DNA of 64,000 bases, from NCBI RefSeq assembly GCF_009914755.1, contig NC_060940.1; one strand, 5' to 3'. Position numbers and translations under genes: made by a program. The stretch comes from the human T2T-CHM13v2.0 reference genome, Homo sapiens. This document shows, piece by piece, positions 41,201 to 55,600 of this stretch (position 1 is its first letter; the number at the start of each line of letters is the position of its first letter). The notes beneath the pieces were generated by a model. The model saw nothing but the letters and a program-made list of their open reading frames with translations, made no database searches and was not told the DNA's origin.

Positions 41201-44200
41201 GATTCCACTGGATTTCTTTTGATAATGATACCATTCCATTACATTTGATGATGATCCCATTCAATTTCATTTGATGATGATTCCCTTAGAGTCCATTCGA
41301 TGATTTCATTCGAGTCCTTTCATTGATTCCATCCGATTTCATTTGATGATGACTCCATTCGAGTCCATTCGATGATTCCACTCGATTCCATTAGATGATT
41401 CCATTGGAGTCCATTTCATTGTTCCATTCGATTCCATTCGATTCCTTTCGAAGATTATTCCATTTGAGTCCATTCGATGATGATTACATTCCATTCCATT
41501 CGATGATTCCATTTGATTCCATTTGATGATTCCCTTCGATTCCTTTCTTTGATGACTGCATTCCATTCCATTCAATGTTTCCATTCGAATCTATTCCATG
41601 ATGATTCCTTTCGATTCCATTCGCTGATGTTTCCGTTCAATTCCATTCGATGATGATTCCATTCGATTCCATTCATTGAGGATTCCATTTGATTCCATTC
41701 TATGATGATTCCGTTCTATTCCATTCAATGATTGCATTCAATTCCATTCAATGATTATCCCATTAGAGTAAACTCAACGATTCCATTCAATACCATTCGA
41801 TGATGATTCCTTTTGAGTTCATTCAATGATTTCATTCAAGTCCATTTGATGATTCCTTTCAATTCCATTCTATGATGATTCCATTCGAGTCCATTCGATG
41901 ATTCCATTCGATTGCATTCCATGATTCCATTATATTCCATTCAACGGTGATTCCATTCGAGTCCATTCGATGATTCCATTAGAGTACATTTAATGATTGC
42001 TTTGTTTTCAATTCGAAGATGATTACATTCGATTCCATTCTATGATACCATTCGATTCCATTCAATGATGATTCCACTCAAATCCATTGGATGATTCCAT
42101 TCGTGTCCATTCGGTGATTTCATTAGATTCCATTCGAGGATGATTCCTTTCGATTCCATTCGATGATTCCATTCAATTCCATTCGATGATGATTCCATTC
42201 GAGTCCATATGATCATTCCATTTGATTTCATTCGATGATGATTCCATTCGATTCCATTCGATGATTCCATTCTATTCCTTTCGATGATGATTCCATTCGA
42301 GTCCATTCGATGATTCCATTCGAGTCCATTTAATGATTCCATTGGGTTCAATTCGATGATGATTACATTGGATTCCGTTCTATGATTCCATTCAATTCCG
42401 TTCATTGACAATTTGATTCCATTCGATGATGATTCCATTTGAGTTCATTCGATGATTCTATTCGATTCTCTTCGATGGTGATTCAATTATATTATATTGG
42501 ATGATGCCATTCGATTCCATTTGATGTTGATTCAATTCGATTCTATTCGATGATGATTCCATTGGATTTCACTTGATGATTCTATTCGATTCCATTCAAT
42601 GATGATTCACTTCTCGTCCATTGGATGGTTCCATTTCATTCCATTCGATGATGATTCCATTCGATTCCATTCGATGATTCCATTTGATTCCATTCGACGG
42701 TGACCAATTCGATTCAATTCCATGATGATTCTATTTGATTCAATTAGATGATGTTTCCATTCGAATCCATTCCATGATTATTCCATTGGAATCCATTCGG
42801 CGATGATTCCATATGAGTCAATTCAATGATGATTCCATATGGGTCCGTTCGATGATAATTCCATTTGATTTCATTCGATGCTTCTATTCAATTCCAGTTG
42901 ATGATGATTCCGTTGGAGTCCATACGATGATTCCATTTGATTTCATTTGATGATGATTCCATTCGATTCCATTCGATGATGATTACATTGGATTCCATTC
43001 TATGATTCCATTCAATTCCATTCGTTGATGATTCGATTCCATTCAATGATGATTCCATTTGAGTTCATTCGATGATTCTATTCGATTCCGTTCGATGGTG
43101 ATTCAATTCTCTTATATTGGATGATTCCACTCGATTCCATTTGATGATTATTCCATTGGAGTCCACTTAGTGAATCCTTTAGATTCTACTCGAAGATGAT
43201 TCCATTCGAGTCCATTCGATGGTACCATTCAATTCCATTCGTTGATGCTTCCATTCAAGTGCATTCGATGATATCATTCGATTCCATTTGATGATAATTC
43301 CATTTGATTCCATGCGATGATTCTATTCGATTCCATTCAATGATAATTCCATTCAATTCAGTGATTCCTCTGGACTCCATTTGATGATGATTCCATTCAA
43401 TGATTCCATTCGATTCTATTCGAAAATGATTCCATTTGAATCCATTTGATGATGATTCCATTAGATTCCATTTGATGATTCTATTCGATTCCATTCGACG
43501 ATGATTCCATTCGATTCCATTTGATGATTCCATTCTATTCTATTCGATGATGATTCCATTCGATTCCATTCGATGATGATTGGATTCGATTCCATTTGAT
43601 GATTTCATTTGATTCCATTCGATAATGATTTTGATCAATTCCATTCGATGATTCCATTCGATTCCATTCGATAATGATTACATCCGAGTCCATTCGATGA
43701 TTCCATTTGAGCCCGTTCGATAATTCCATTTGAGTCCAATCAATGATTGCATTCATTTCCATTCAATGATTCCATTCGAGTCCATTTGATCATTCCGGTA
43801 GGGTCCGTTCGATGTTGATTCCATTGGAGTGCATTCGATGATTCCATTCGAGTCCAATTTATGATTTGGTTCGAGTCCTTTCGATGATTCCATTCGATTC
43901 CACTCGATGATGATTTCATTCGAGTCCATTCGACACTTCCAATCGATTCCATTTGATGTTTCCTTTCGAGTCCAATTGATGATTCCATTCAATTCCATTC
44001 GATGATGATTCCGTACGATTCCACTCTGTGATGATTCCAAGTGATTGCATTCAATGATGATTCCTTTCGATTGCATTCGATTATGATTCATTTCGTGTTC
44101 ATTCTATGGTTCCACAGGTTTCCATTCGTGTCCATTCCATTATTCCATTCTATTCCATTTGATGATGATTCCATTCGATTCCATTCATTGGTGATTCCAC

Positions 44201-44470
44201 TCAATTCCATTCAATGATTCCATTCCATTTCTTTCAACAATGATTCCATTAGTTTCTAATCGATGATCCACTTGATTCCATTTGACGACGATTCCATTCT
44301 TGTCCATTCGATGATTCCATTTGATTCCATATGATGATGATTCCATTCGATTCCATACCATGATGATTCCATTCGAGTCCATTCAATGGTGATTCCATTC
44401 AATTCCATTCGATGATTCCTTTCGATTCCATTCAATGATGATGGCATTCGATTCCTTTCAATCATTCCCT
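32227..44470 (+). repeat. Higher-order units 6 and 7, 6122 bp each (6112 + 10)
   Basis: Marker ORF ends at 32236, 38358 and 44480; an extra 10-bp module TCGATTCCAT at ~36841-36850 and ~42963-42972. Confidence 0.92.
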
Positions 44471-47400
44471 TTGATTCCATTCAAAGGTGATTTCATTCAA
44501 GTCCATTCGATAATTGCATTCGATTCCATTCTATGATGATTCCATTCGAGTCCATTTGATGATTCCATTCAATTCAAGTCAATGATGATTCCATTCAATT
44601 CCATTCGATGATTCCATTGGATTCCATTCGATGATGATTCCATTCAAATCCATTCGATAATTCAATTCAAGTCCATTCGATGATGATTCCAATCGAATCC
44701 ATTCAAAGATTCCATTCTGTTCCATTCGATGATTCCCTTAGATTCCATTCGATGATTCCACTTGATTGCATTTACGATGATTCCATTCGATTCCATGTGA
44801 TGATTCCATTCAATTCTATTCAATGATGTCTCCATTTGATTCCATTCGACCATGATTGCCTTTGATTCCATTCAATGATTCCATTCGGTTCCGTTTGATG
44901 ATGATTCCGTTCGATTCCATTTGATGATTCCATTTGATTCCATTGGATGAGTCCATTCGATTACATTCGATGATTATTCCATTCGAGTGCATTAGATGAT
45001 TCCATTCGAGTCCATTCGATGATTCCATTCGATTCCATTCGATGTTGATTCTGTTCAAATCCATTCGATGATTCCACTCGATTCCATTCGTTGACTCCAT
45101 TTGATCCCATTTGATGATTTCCTTTGATTCCCTTTGATGATCATTCCATTTGATTCAATTCGGTGATTTCATTTGATTCCATTCAGTGATGTTTCCATTC
45201 GACTCCATTCGATGATGATTCCATTCGACTCCATTCGATTATGATTTCATTCAATTCCATTCGATAATGATTCCCTTCGAGTCCATTCGATGATTCCATT
45301 CGATTCCATTCAACGATGATTTGATTCGTGTCCATTCGATGATTCCATTTGATTCCACTTGACGATGATTCCATTCGAGTCCATTTGATGATTCCATTCA
45401 ATTCCATACTCCGATGATTTCTTTTGAGCCCACTCAATGCTTCCACTCGATTCCATATGATGATGACTCCATTCGATGAAATTCGATGATGATTCCATTC
45501 GCTTGCTTTCGATGATGATTCCACTTGAGTCCGTTAGAAGATTCTATTCAATTACATTCCATGACGATTCCGTTCGAGTCCATTTGATGATTCCATTAGA
45601 CTCCATTCGACGATGATTCCATTCGATGTTATTCCATGATTCCATTCGATCTCATTCGATGATGATTCCATTCAACTCCATTCGATGTTTCCATTCGAGT
45701 TCATTCTATTATTCCATTAGATTCCATTCGATGATGATTCCATTCGATTCCATTTGATGATTGCATTCTATTTCATTTGATGATGATTCCATTCGAGTCC
45801 ACTCGATGATTCCATTCGAGTCCATTTAATGAATCCATTGGTTTCAATTCTATGATGATTACATTGGATTACATTCGTTGATGATTTCATTCGGTTCCAT
45901 TCAATGATGATTCCATTCAATTCCTTTCAATGTTTCCATTCAATTCCATACGATGATGATTCCATTTGATTTGATTCGACAGTGAGCCATTCGATTCAAT
46001 TCCATGATGATTCTATTTGATTCAATTGGTTGACATTTCCATTCGATTCCATTCGATGATGATTCCCTTTGATTCCGTTCAAAGATGATTCCATTCTAGC
46101 CCATTCAATCATTCCATTCGATTCTATTCAATGATGATTCCATTCATGTCGATTTGGTGATTCCATTTGACTTCATTTGATGATGATTCCTTTCAAGTTC
46201 ATTAGATGATTCCATTCGATTCCATTTGATGATGATCCCATTCGAGTCCATTCAGTGATTCCATTCGTTTCCATTCCATGATGATTCCATTCCTTTCCAT
46301 TCAATGATTCCATTCGATTCCGTTTGATGATGATTTCATTCGAGTCCATTTGATGATTCCATTTGATTCCATTCGATGATGATTCCATTCGAGTCCATTC
46401 GATGATTCTATTCGAATCCATTTGATGATTTCTTTTGATTATTTTTGGTGATGATTCCATTGGAGTCCATTCAATGATTCCATTCTATTCCAATCGATGA
46501 TGATTCCATTAGAGTCCATTTAATGATTCCATTGGATTCCAGTCTCTGATGATTACATTCGAGTCCATACGATGATTCCACTCAATTCCATATGATGATG
46601 ATTCCATTTGATTCCATTCGGTGATTCCATTCTATTCTATTCAATGGTGATTCCATTCGAGTACATTAGATGATTCCATTCGATTCCATTCAATGATGAT
46701 TCTATTTGTGTCCCTTAGATGATTCCACATGATTCCATTACATGATGATACTATTTGAGCCCATCCAATGATTCCCTTCGATTCCATTCGATGAGGATTC
46801 CATTCGATTCAATTCATTGGTGATTCTATTCAATTCAATTCTTTGATTCCATTCCATTCCATTCGACAATGATTCCATTCGATTTCTTTCGATGATTCCA
46901 CTCGATTCCACTTGACATTGATTCCATTCGATTCCATTCAATGATTCCATTTGATTCCAGTGGATGATGATTGCCATCGATTCCATTCGATCACTCCATT
47001 CTATTCCATTTGATGATGATTACATTCGATTCCATTTGATGATTCCATCTGATTCTATTCGAGGATTCCATTTGATTCCATTCGATGATGATTCCATTCG
47101 AGTCCATTTGATGATTTCATTCGAGTACATCCAATGATTCCATTCGAGTCCATTAGATGATTCCATTTGATTCCATTTGAAAATGATTCTACTAGAGTCC
47201 ATTCAATGACTCCATTCGAGTCCATTCAACAATTCCATTCGACTCCATTCGATGATTCCATTCGATTCCATTTGATGGTTCCATTCGAGTCCATTTAATC
47301 ATTACAGTCGAGTCCATTTGGTGATTCCAATGGATTTCTTTTGATAATGATACCATTCCATTACATTTGATGATGATCCCATTCAATTTCATTTGATGAT

Positions 47401-50400
47401 GATTCCATTAGAGTCCATTCGATGATTTCATTCGAGTCCCTTCATTGATTCCATCCGATTTCATTGGATGATGACTCCATTCGAGTCCATTCGATGATTC
47501 CACTCGATTCCATTAGATGACTCCATTGGAGTCCATTTGATTGTTCCATTCGATTCCATTCGATTCCTTTCGAAGATTATTCCATTTGAGTCCATTCGAT
47601 GATGATTCCATTCCATTCCATTCGATGATTCCGTTTGATTCCATTCGATGATTCCCTTCGATTCCTTTCTTTGATGATTCCATTCCATTCCATTCAATGA
47701 TTCCATTCGAATCTATTCCATGATGATTCCTTTCGATTCCATTCGCTGATGTTTCCGTTCAATTCCATTCGATGATGATTCCATTCGATTCCATTCATTG
47801 AGGATTCCATTTGATTCCATTCAATGATGATTCCATTCTATTCCATTCAATGATTGCATTCAATTCCATTCAATGATTATCCCATTAGAGTAAACTCAAC
47901 GATTCCATTCAATACCATTCAATGATGATTCCTTTTGAGTCCATTCAATGATTTCATTCAAGTCCATTTGATGATTCCTTTCAATTCCATTCTATGATGA
48001 TTCCATTCGAGTCCATTCGATGATTCCATTCGATTGCATTCGATGATTCCATTATATTCCATTCAACGGTGATTCCATTCGAGTCCATTCCATGATTCCA
48101 TTAGAGTACATTTAATGATTGCTTTGTTTTCAATTCGAAGATGATTACATTGGATTCCATTCTATGATACCATTCGATTCCATTCAATGATGATTCCACT
48201 CAAATCCATTGGATGATTCCATTCGTGTCCATTCGGTGATTTCATTAGATTCCATTCGAGGATGATTCCATTCGATTCCATTCGATGATTCCATTCAATT
48301 CCATTCGATGATGATTCCATTCCAGTCCATATGATCATTCCATTTGATTTCATTCGATGATGATTCCATTCGATTCCTTTCGACGATTCCATTCTATTCC
48401 ATTCGATGATGATTCCATTCGAGTCCATTCGATGATTCCATTCGAGTCCATTTAATGATTCCATTGGGTTCAATTCAATGATGATTACATTGGATTCCGT
48501 TCTATGATTCCATTCAATTCCGTTCATTGACAATTTGATTCCATTCGATGATGATTCCATTTGAGTTCATTCGATGATTCTATTCGATTCTCTTCGATGG
48601 TGATTCAATTCTATTATATTGGATGATTCCATTCGATTCCATTTGATGTTGATTCAATTCGATTCTATTCGATGATGATTCCATTGGATTTCACTTGATG
48701 ATTCTATTCGATTCCATTCAATGATGATTCACTTCTCGTCCATTGGATGATTCCATTTCATTCCATTCGATGATGATTCCATTCGATTCCATTCGATGAT
48801 TCCATTTGATTCCATGCGACGGTGAGCAATTCGATTCAATTCCATGATGATTCTATTTGATTCAATTAGATGATGTTTCCATTCGAATCCATTCCATGAT
48901 TATTCCATTGGAATCCATTCGGCGATGATTCCATATGAGTCAATTCAATCATGATTCCATATGGGTCCGTTCGATGATAATTCCATTTGATTTCATTCGA
49001 TGCTTCTATTCTATTCCAGTCGATGATGATTCCGTTGGAGTCCATACGATGATTCCATTTGATTTCATTTGATGATGATTCCATTCGATGATGATTACAT
49101 TGGATTCCATTCTATGATTCCATTCAATTCCATTCGTTGATGATTCGATTCCATTCAATGATGATTCCATTTGAGTTCATTCGATGATTCTATTCGATTC
49201 CGTTCGATGGTGATTCAATTCTATTATATTGGATGATTCCACTCGATTCCATTTGATGATTATTCCATTGGAGTCCACTTAGTGAATCCTTTAGATTCTA
49301 CTCGACGATGATTCCATTCGAGTCCATTCGATGATACCATTCAATTCCATTCGTTGATGCTTCCATTCAAGTGCATTCGATGATATCATTCGATTCCATT
49401 TGATGATAATTCCATTTGATTCCATGCGATGATTCTATTCGATTCCATTCAATGATAATTCCATTCAATTCAGTGATTCCTCTGGACTCCATTTGATGAT
49501 GATTCCATTCAATGATTCCATTCGATTCTATTCGAAAATGATTCCATTTGAATCCATTTGATGATGATTCCATTAGATTCCATTTGATGATTCCATTGGA
49601 GTCCATTTCATTGTTCCATTCGATTCCATTCGATTCCTTTCGAAGATTATTCCATTTGAGTCCATTCGATGATGATTACATTCCATTCCATTCGATGATT
49701 CCATTTGATTCCATTTGATGATTCCCTTCGATTCCTTTCTTTGATGACTGCATTCCATTCCATTCAATGTTTCCATTCGAATCTATTCCATGATGATTCC
49801 TTTCGATTCCATTCGCTGATGTTTCCGTTCAATTCCATTCGATGATGATTCCATTCGATTCCATTCATTGAGGATTCCATTTGATTCCATTCTATGATGA
49901 TTCCGTTCTATTCCATTCAATGATTGCATTCAATTCCATTCAATGATTATCCCATTAGAGTAAACTCAACGATTCCATTCAATACCATTCGATGATGATT
50001 CCTTTTGAGTTCATTCAATGATTTCATTCAAGTCCATTTGATGATTCCTTTCAATTCCATTCTATGATGATTCCATTCGAGTCCATTCGATGATTCCATT
50101 CGATTGCATTCCATGATTCCATTATATTCCATTCAACGGTGATTCCATTCGAGTCCATTCGATGATTCCATTAGAGTACATTTAATGATTGCTTTGTTTT
50201 CAATTCGAAGATGATTACATTCGATTCCATTCTATGATACCATTCGATTCCATTCAATGATGATTCCACTCAAATCCATTGGATGATTCCATTCGTGTCC
50301 ATTCGGTGATTTCATTAGATTCCATTCGAGGATGATTCCTTTCGATTCCATTCGATGATTCCATTCAATTCCATTCGATGATGATTCCATTCGAGTCCAT

Positions 50401-52662
50401 ATGATCATTCCATTTGATTTCATTCGATGATGATTCCATTCGATTCCATTCGATGATTCCATTCTATTCCTTTCGATGATGATTCCATTCGAGTCCATTC
50501 GATGATTCCATTCGAGTCCATTTAATGATTCCATTGGGTTCAATTCGATGATGATTACATTGGATTCCGTTCTATGATTCCATTCAATTCCGTTCATTGA
50601 CAATTTGATTCCATTCGATGATGATTCCATTTGAGTTCATTCGATGATTCTATTCGATTCTCTTCGATGGTGATTCAATTATATTATATTGGATGATGCC
50701 ATTCGATTCCATTTGATGTTGATTCAATTCGATTCTATTCGATGATGATTCCATTGGATTTCACTTGATGATTCTATTCGATTCCATTCAATGATGATTC
50801 ACTTCTCGTCCATTGGATGGTTCCATTTCATTCCATTCGATGATGATTCCATTCGATTCCATTCGATGATTCCATTTGATTCCATTCGACGGTGACCAAT
50901 TCGATTCAATTCCATGATGATTCTATTTGATTCAATTAGATGATGTTTCCATTCGAATCCATTCCATGATTATTCCATTGGAATCCATTCGGCGATGATT
51001 CCATATGAGTCAATTCAATGATGATTCCATATGGGTCCGTTCGATGATAATTCCATTTGATTTCATTCGATGCTTCTATTCAATTCCAGTTGATGATGAT
51101 TCCGTTGGAGTCCATACGATGATTCCATTTGATTTCATTTGATGATGATTCCATTCGATTCCATTCGATGATGATTACATTGGATTCCATTCTATGATTC
51201 CATTCAATTCCATTCGTTGATGATTCGATTCCATTCAATGATGATTCCATTTGAGTTCATTCGATGATTCTATTCGATTCCGTTCGATGGTGATTCAATT
51301 CTCTTATATTGGATGATTCCACTCGATTCCATTTGATGATTATTCCATTGGAGTCCACTTAGTGAATCCTTTAGATTCTACTCGAAGATGATTCCATTCG
51401 AGTCCATTCGATGGTACCATTCAATTCCATTCGTTGATGCTTCCATTCAAGTGCATTCGATGATATCATTCGATTCCATTTGATGATAATTCCATTTGAT
51501 TCCATGCGATGATTCTATTCGATTCCATTCAATGATAATTCCATTCAATTCAGTGATTCCTCTGGACTCCATTTGATGATGATTCCATTCAATGATTCCA
51601 TTCGATTCTATTCGAAAATGATTCCATTTGAATCCATTTGATGATGATTCCATTAGATTCCATTTGATGATTCTATTCGATTCCATTCGACGATGATTCC
51701 ATTCGATTCCATTTGATGATTCCATTATATTCTATTCGATGATGATTCCATTCGATTCCATTCGATGATGATTGGATTCGATTCCACTTGATGATTTCAT
51801 TTGATTCCATTCGATAATGATTTTGATCAATTCCATTCGATGATTCCATTCGATTCCATTCGATAATGATTACATCCGAGTCCATTCGATGATTCCATTT
51901 GAGCCCGTTCGATAATTCCATTTGAGTCCAATCAATGATTGCATTCATTTCCATTCAATGATTCCATTCGAGTCCATTTGATCATTCCGGTAGGGTCCGT
52001 TCGATGTTGATTCCATTGGAGTGCATTCGATGATTCCATTCGAGTCCAATTTATGATTTGGTTCGAGTCCTTTCGATGATTCCATTCGATTCCACTCGAT
52101 GATGATTTCATTCGAGTCCATTCGACACTTCCAATCGATTCCATTTGATGTTTCCTTTCGAGTCCAATTGATGATTCCATTCAATTCCATTCGATGATGA
52201 TTCCGTACGATTCCACTCTGTGATGATTCCAAGTGATTGCATTCAATGATGATTCCTTTCGATTGCATTCGATTATGATTCATTTCGTGTTCATTCTATG
52301 GTTCCACAGGTTTCCATTCGTGTCCATTCCATTATTCCATTCTATTCCATTTGATGATGATTCCATTCGATTCCATTCATTGGTGATTCCACTCAATTCC
52401 ATTCAATGATTCCATTCCATTTCTTTCAACAATGATTCCATTAGTTTCTAATCGATGATCCACTTGATTCCATTTGACGACGATTCCATTCTTGTCCATT
52501 CGATGATTCCATTTGATTCCATATGATGATGATTCCATTCGATTCCATACCATGATGATTCCATTCGAGTCCATTCAATGGTGATTCCATTCAATTCCAT
52601 TCGATGATTCCTTTCGATTCCATTCAATGATGATGGCATTCGATTCCTTTCAATCATTCCCT
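44471..52662 (+). repeat. Higher-order unit 8, 8192 bp (6112 + 2070 re-entry + 10)
   Basis: Marker ORF ends at 44480 and 52672; ORFs 48162 and 50232 are offset by 2070; junction at ~49586-49597. Confidence 0.92.
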
Positions 52663-55600
52663 TTGATTCCATTGAAAGGTGATTTCATTCAAGTCCATTC
52701 GATAATTGCATTCGATTCCATTCTATGATGATTCCATTCGAGTCCATTTGATGATTCCATTCAATTCAAGTCAATGATGATTCCATTCAATTCCATTCGA
52801 CGATTCCATTGGATTCCATTCGATGATGATTCCATTCAAATCCATTCGATAATTCAATTCAAGTCCATTCGATGATGATTCCAATCGAATCCATTCAAAG
52901 ATTCCATTCTGTTCCATTCGATGATTCCCTTAGATTCCATTCGATGATTCCACTTGATTGCATTTACGATGATTCCATTCGATTCCATGTGATGATTCCA
53001 TTCAATTCTATTCAATGATGTCTCCATTTGATTCCATTCGACCATGATTGCCTTTGATTCCATTCAATGATTCCATTCGGTTCCGTTTGATGATGATTCC
53101 GTTCGATTCCATTTGATGATTCCATTTGATTCCATTGGATGAGTCCATTCGATTACACTCGATGATTATTCCATTCGAGTGCATTAGATGATTCCATTCG
53201 AGTCCATTCGATGATTCCATTCGATTCCATTCGATGTTGATTCTGTTCAAATCCATTCGATGATTCCACTCGATTCCATTCGTTGACTCCATTTGATCCC
53301 ATTCGATGATTTCCTTTGATTCCCTTTGATGATCATTCCATTTGATTCAATTCGGTGATTTCATTTGATTCCATTCAGTGATGTTTCCATTCGACTCCAT
53401 TCGATGATGATTCCATTCGACTCCATTCGATTATGATTTCATTCAATTCCATTCGATAATGATTCCCTTCGAGTCCATTCGATGATTCCATTCGATTCCA
53501 TTCAACGATGATTTGATTCGTGTCCATTCGATGATTCCATTTGATTCCACTTGACGATGATTCCATTCGAGTCCATTTGATGATTCCATTCAATTCCATA
53601 CTCCGATGATTTCTTTTGAGCCCACTCAATGCTTCCACTCGATTCCATATGATGATGACTCCATTCGATGAAATTCGATGATGATTCCATTCGCTTGCTT
53701 TCGATGATGATTCCACTTGAGTCCGTTAGAAGATTCTATTCAATTACATTCCATGACGATTCCGTTCGAGTCCATTTGATGATTCCATTAGACTCCATTC
53801 GACGATGATTCCATTCGATGTTATTCCATGATTCCATTCGATCTCATTCGATGATGATTCCATTCAACTCCATTCGATGTTTCCATTCGAGTTCATTCTA
53901 TTATTCCATTAGATTCCATTCGATGATGATTCCATTCGATTCCATTTGATGATTGCATTCTATTTCATTTGATGATGATTCCATTCGAGTCCACTCGATG
54001 ATTCCATTCGAGTCCATTTAATGAATCCATTGGTTTCAATTCTATGATGATTACATTGGATTCCATTCGTTGATGAATTCATTCGGCTCCATTCAATGAT
54101 GATTCCATTCAATTCCTTTCAATGTTTCCATTCAATTCCATACGATGATGATTCCATTTGATTTGATTCGACAGTGAGCCATTCGATTCAATTCCATGAT
54201 GATTCTATTTGATTCAATTGGTTGACATTTCCATTCGATTCCATTCGATGATGATTCCCTTTGATTCCGTTCAAAGATGATTCCATTCTAGCCCATTCAA
54301 TCATTCCATTCGATTCTATTCAATGATGATTCCATTCATGTCGATTTGGTGATTCCATTTGACTTCATTTGATGATGATTCCTTTCAAGTTCATTAGATG
54401 ATTCCATTCGATTCCATTTGATGATGATCCCATTCGAGTCCATTCAGTGATTCCATTCGTTTCCATTCCATGATGATTCCATTCCTTTCCATTCAATGAT
54501 TCCATTCGATTCCGTTTGATGATGATTTCATTCGAGTCCATTTGATGATTCCATTTGATTCCATTCGATGATGATTCCATTCGAGTCCATTCGATGATTC
54601 TATTCGAATCCATTTGATGATTTCTTTTGATTATATTTGGTGATGATTCCATTGGAGTCCATTCAATGATTCCATTCGATTCCAATTGATGATGATTCCA
54701 TTAGAGTCCATTTAATGATTCCATTTGATTCCAGTCTCTGATGATTACATTCGAGTCCATACGATGATTCCACTCAATTCCATATGATGATGATTCCATT
54801 CGATTCCATTCGATGATTCCATTCTATTCTATTCAATGGTGATTCCATTCGAGTACATTAGATGATTCCATTCGATTCCATTCAATGATGATTCTATTTG
54901 TGTCCCTTAGATGATTCCACATGATTCCATTACATGATGATACTATTTGAGCCCATCCAATGATTCCCTTCGATTCCATTCGATGAGGATTCCATTCGAT
55001 TCAATTCATTGGTGATTCTATTCAATTCAATTCTTTGATTCCATTCCATTCCATTCGACAATGATTCCATTCGATTTCTTTCGATGATTCCACTCGATTC
55101 CACTTGACATTGATTCCATTCGATTCCATTCAATGATTCCATTTGATTCCAGTGGATGATGATTGCCATCGATTCCATTCGATCACTCCATTCTATTCCA
55201 TTTGATGATGATTACATTCGATTCCATTTGATGATTCCATCTGATTCTATTCGAGGATTCCATTTGATTCCATTCGATGATGATTCCATTCGAGTCCATT
55301 CGATGATTTCATTCGAGTACATCCAATGATTCCATTCGTGTCCATTTGATGATTCCATTTGTTTCCATTTGATTATGATTCTACTAGAGTCCATTCAATG
55401 ACTCCATTCGAGTGCATTCAACAATTCCATTCGACTCCATTCGATGATTGCATTCGATTCCATTTGATGATTCCATTCGAGTCCATTTAATCATTACAGT
55501 CGAGTCCATTTGGTGATTCCACTGGATTTCTTTTGATAATGATACCATTCCATTACATTTGATGATGATCCCATTCAATTTCATTTGATGATGATTCCCT

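Noticed and set aside
44471-52662. Unit length 8192 = 2^13 as a sign of a computational artefact
   Set aside because: It decomposes into 6112+2070+10 with a microhomology junction and a lineage switch, so it is most likely coincidence; read support would settle it.
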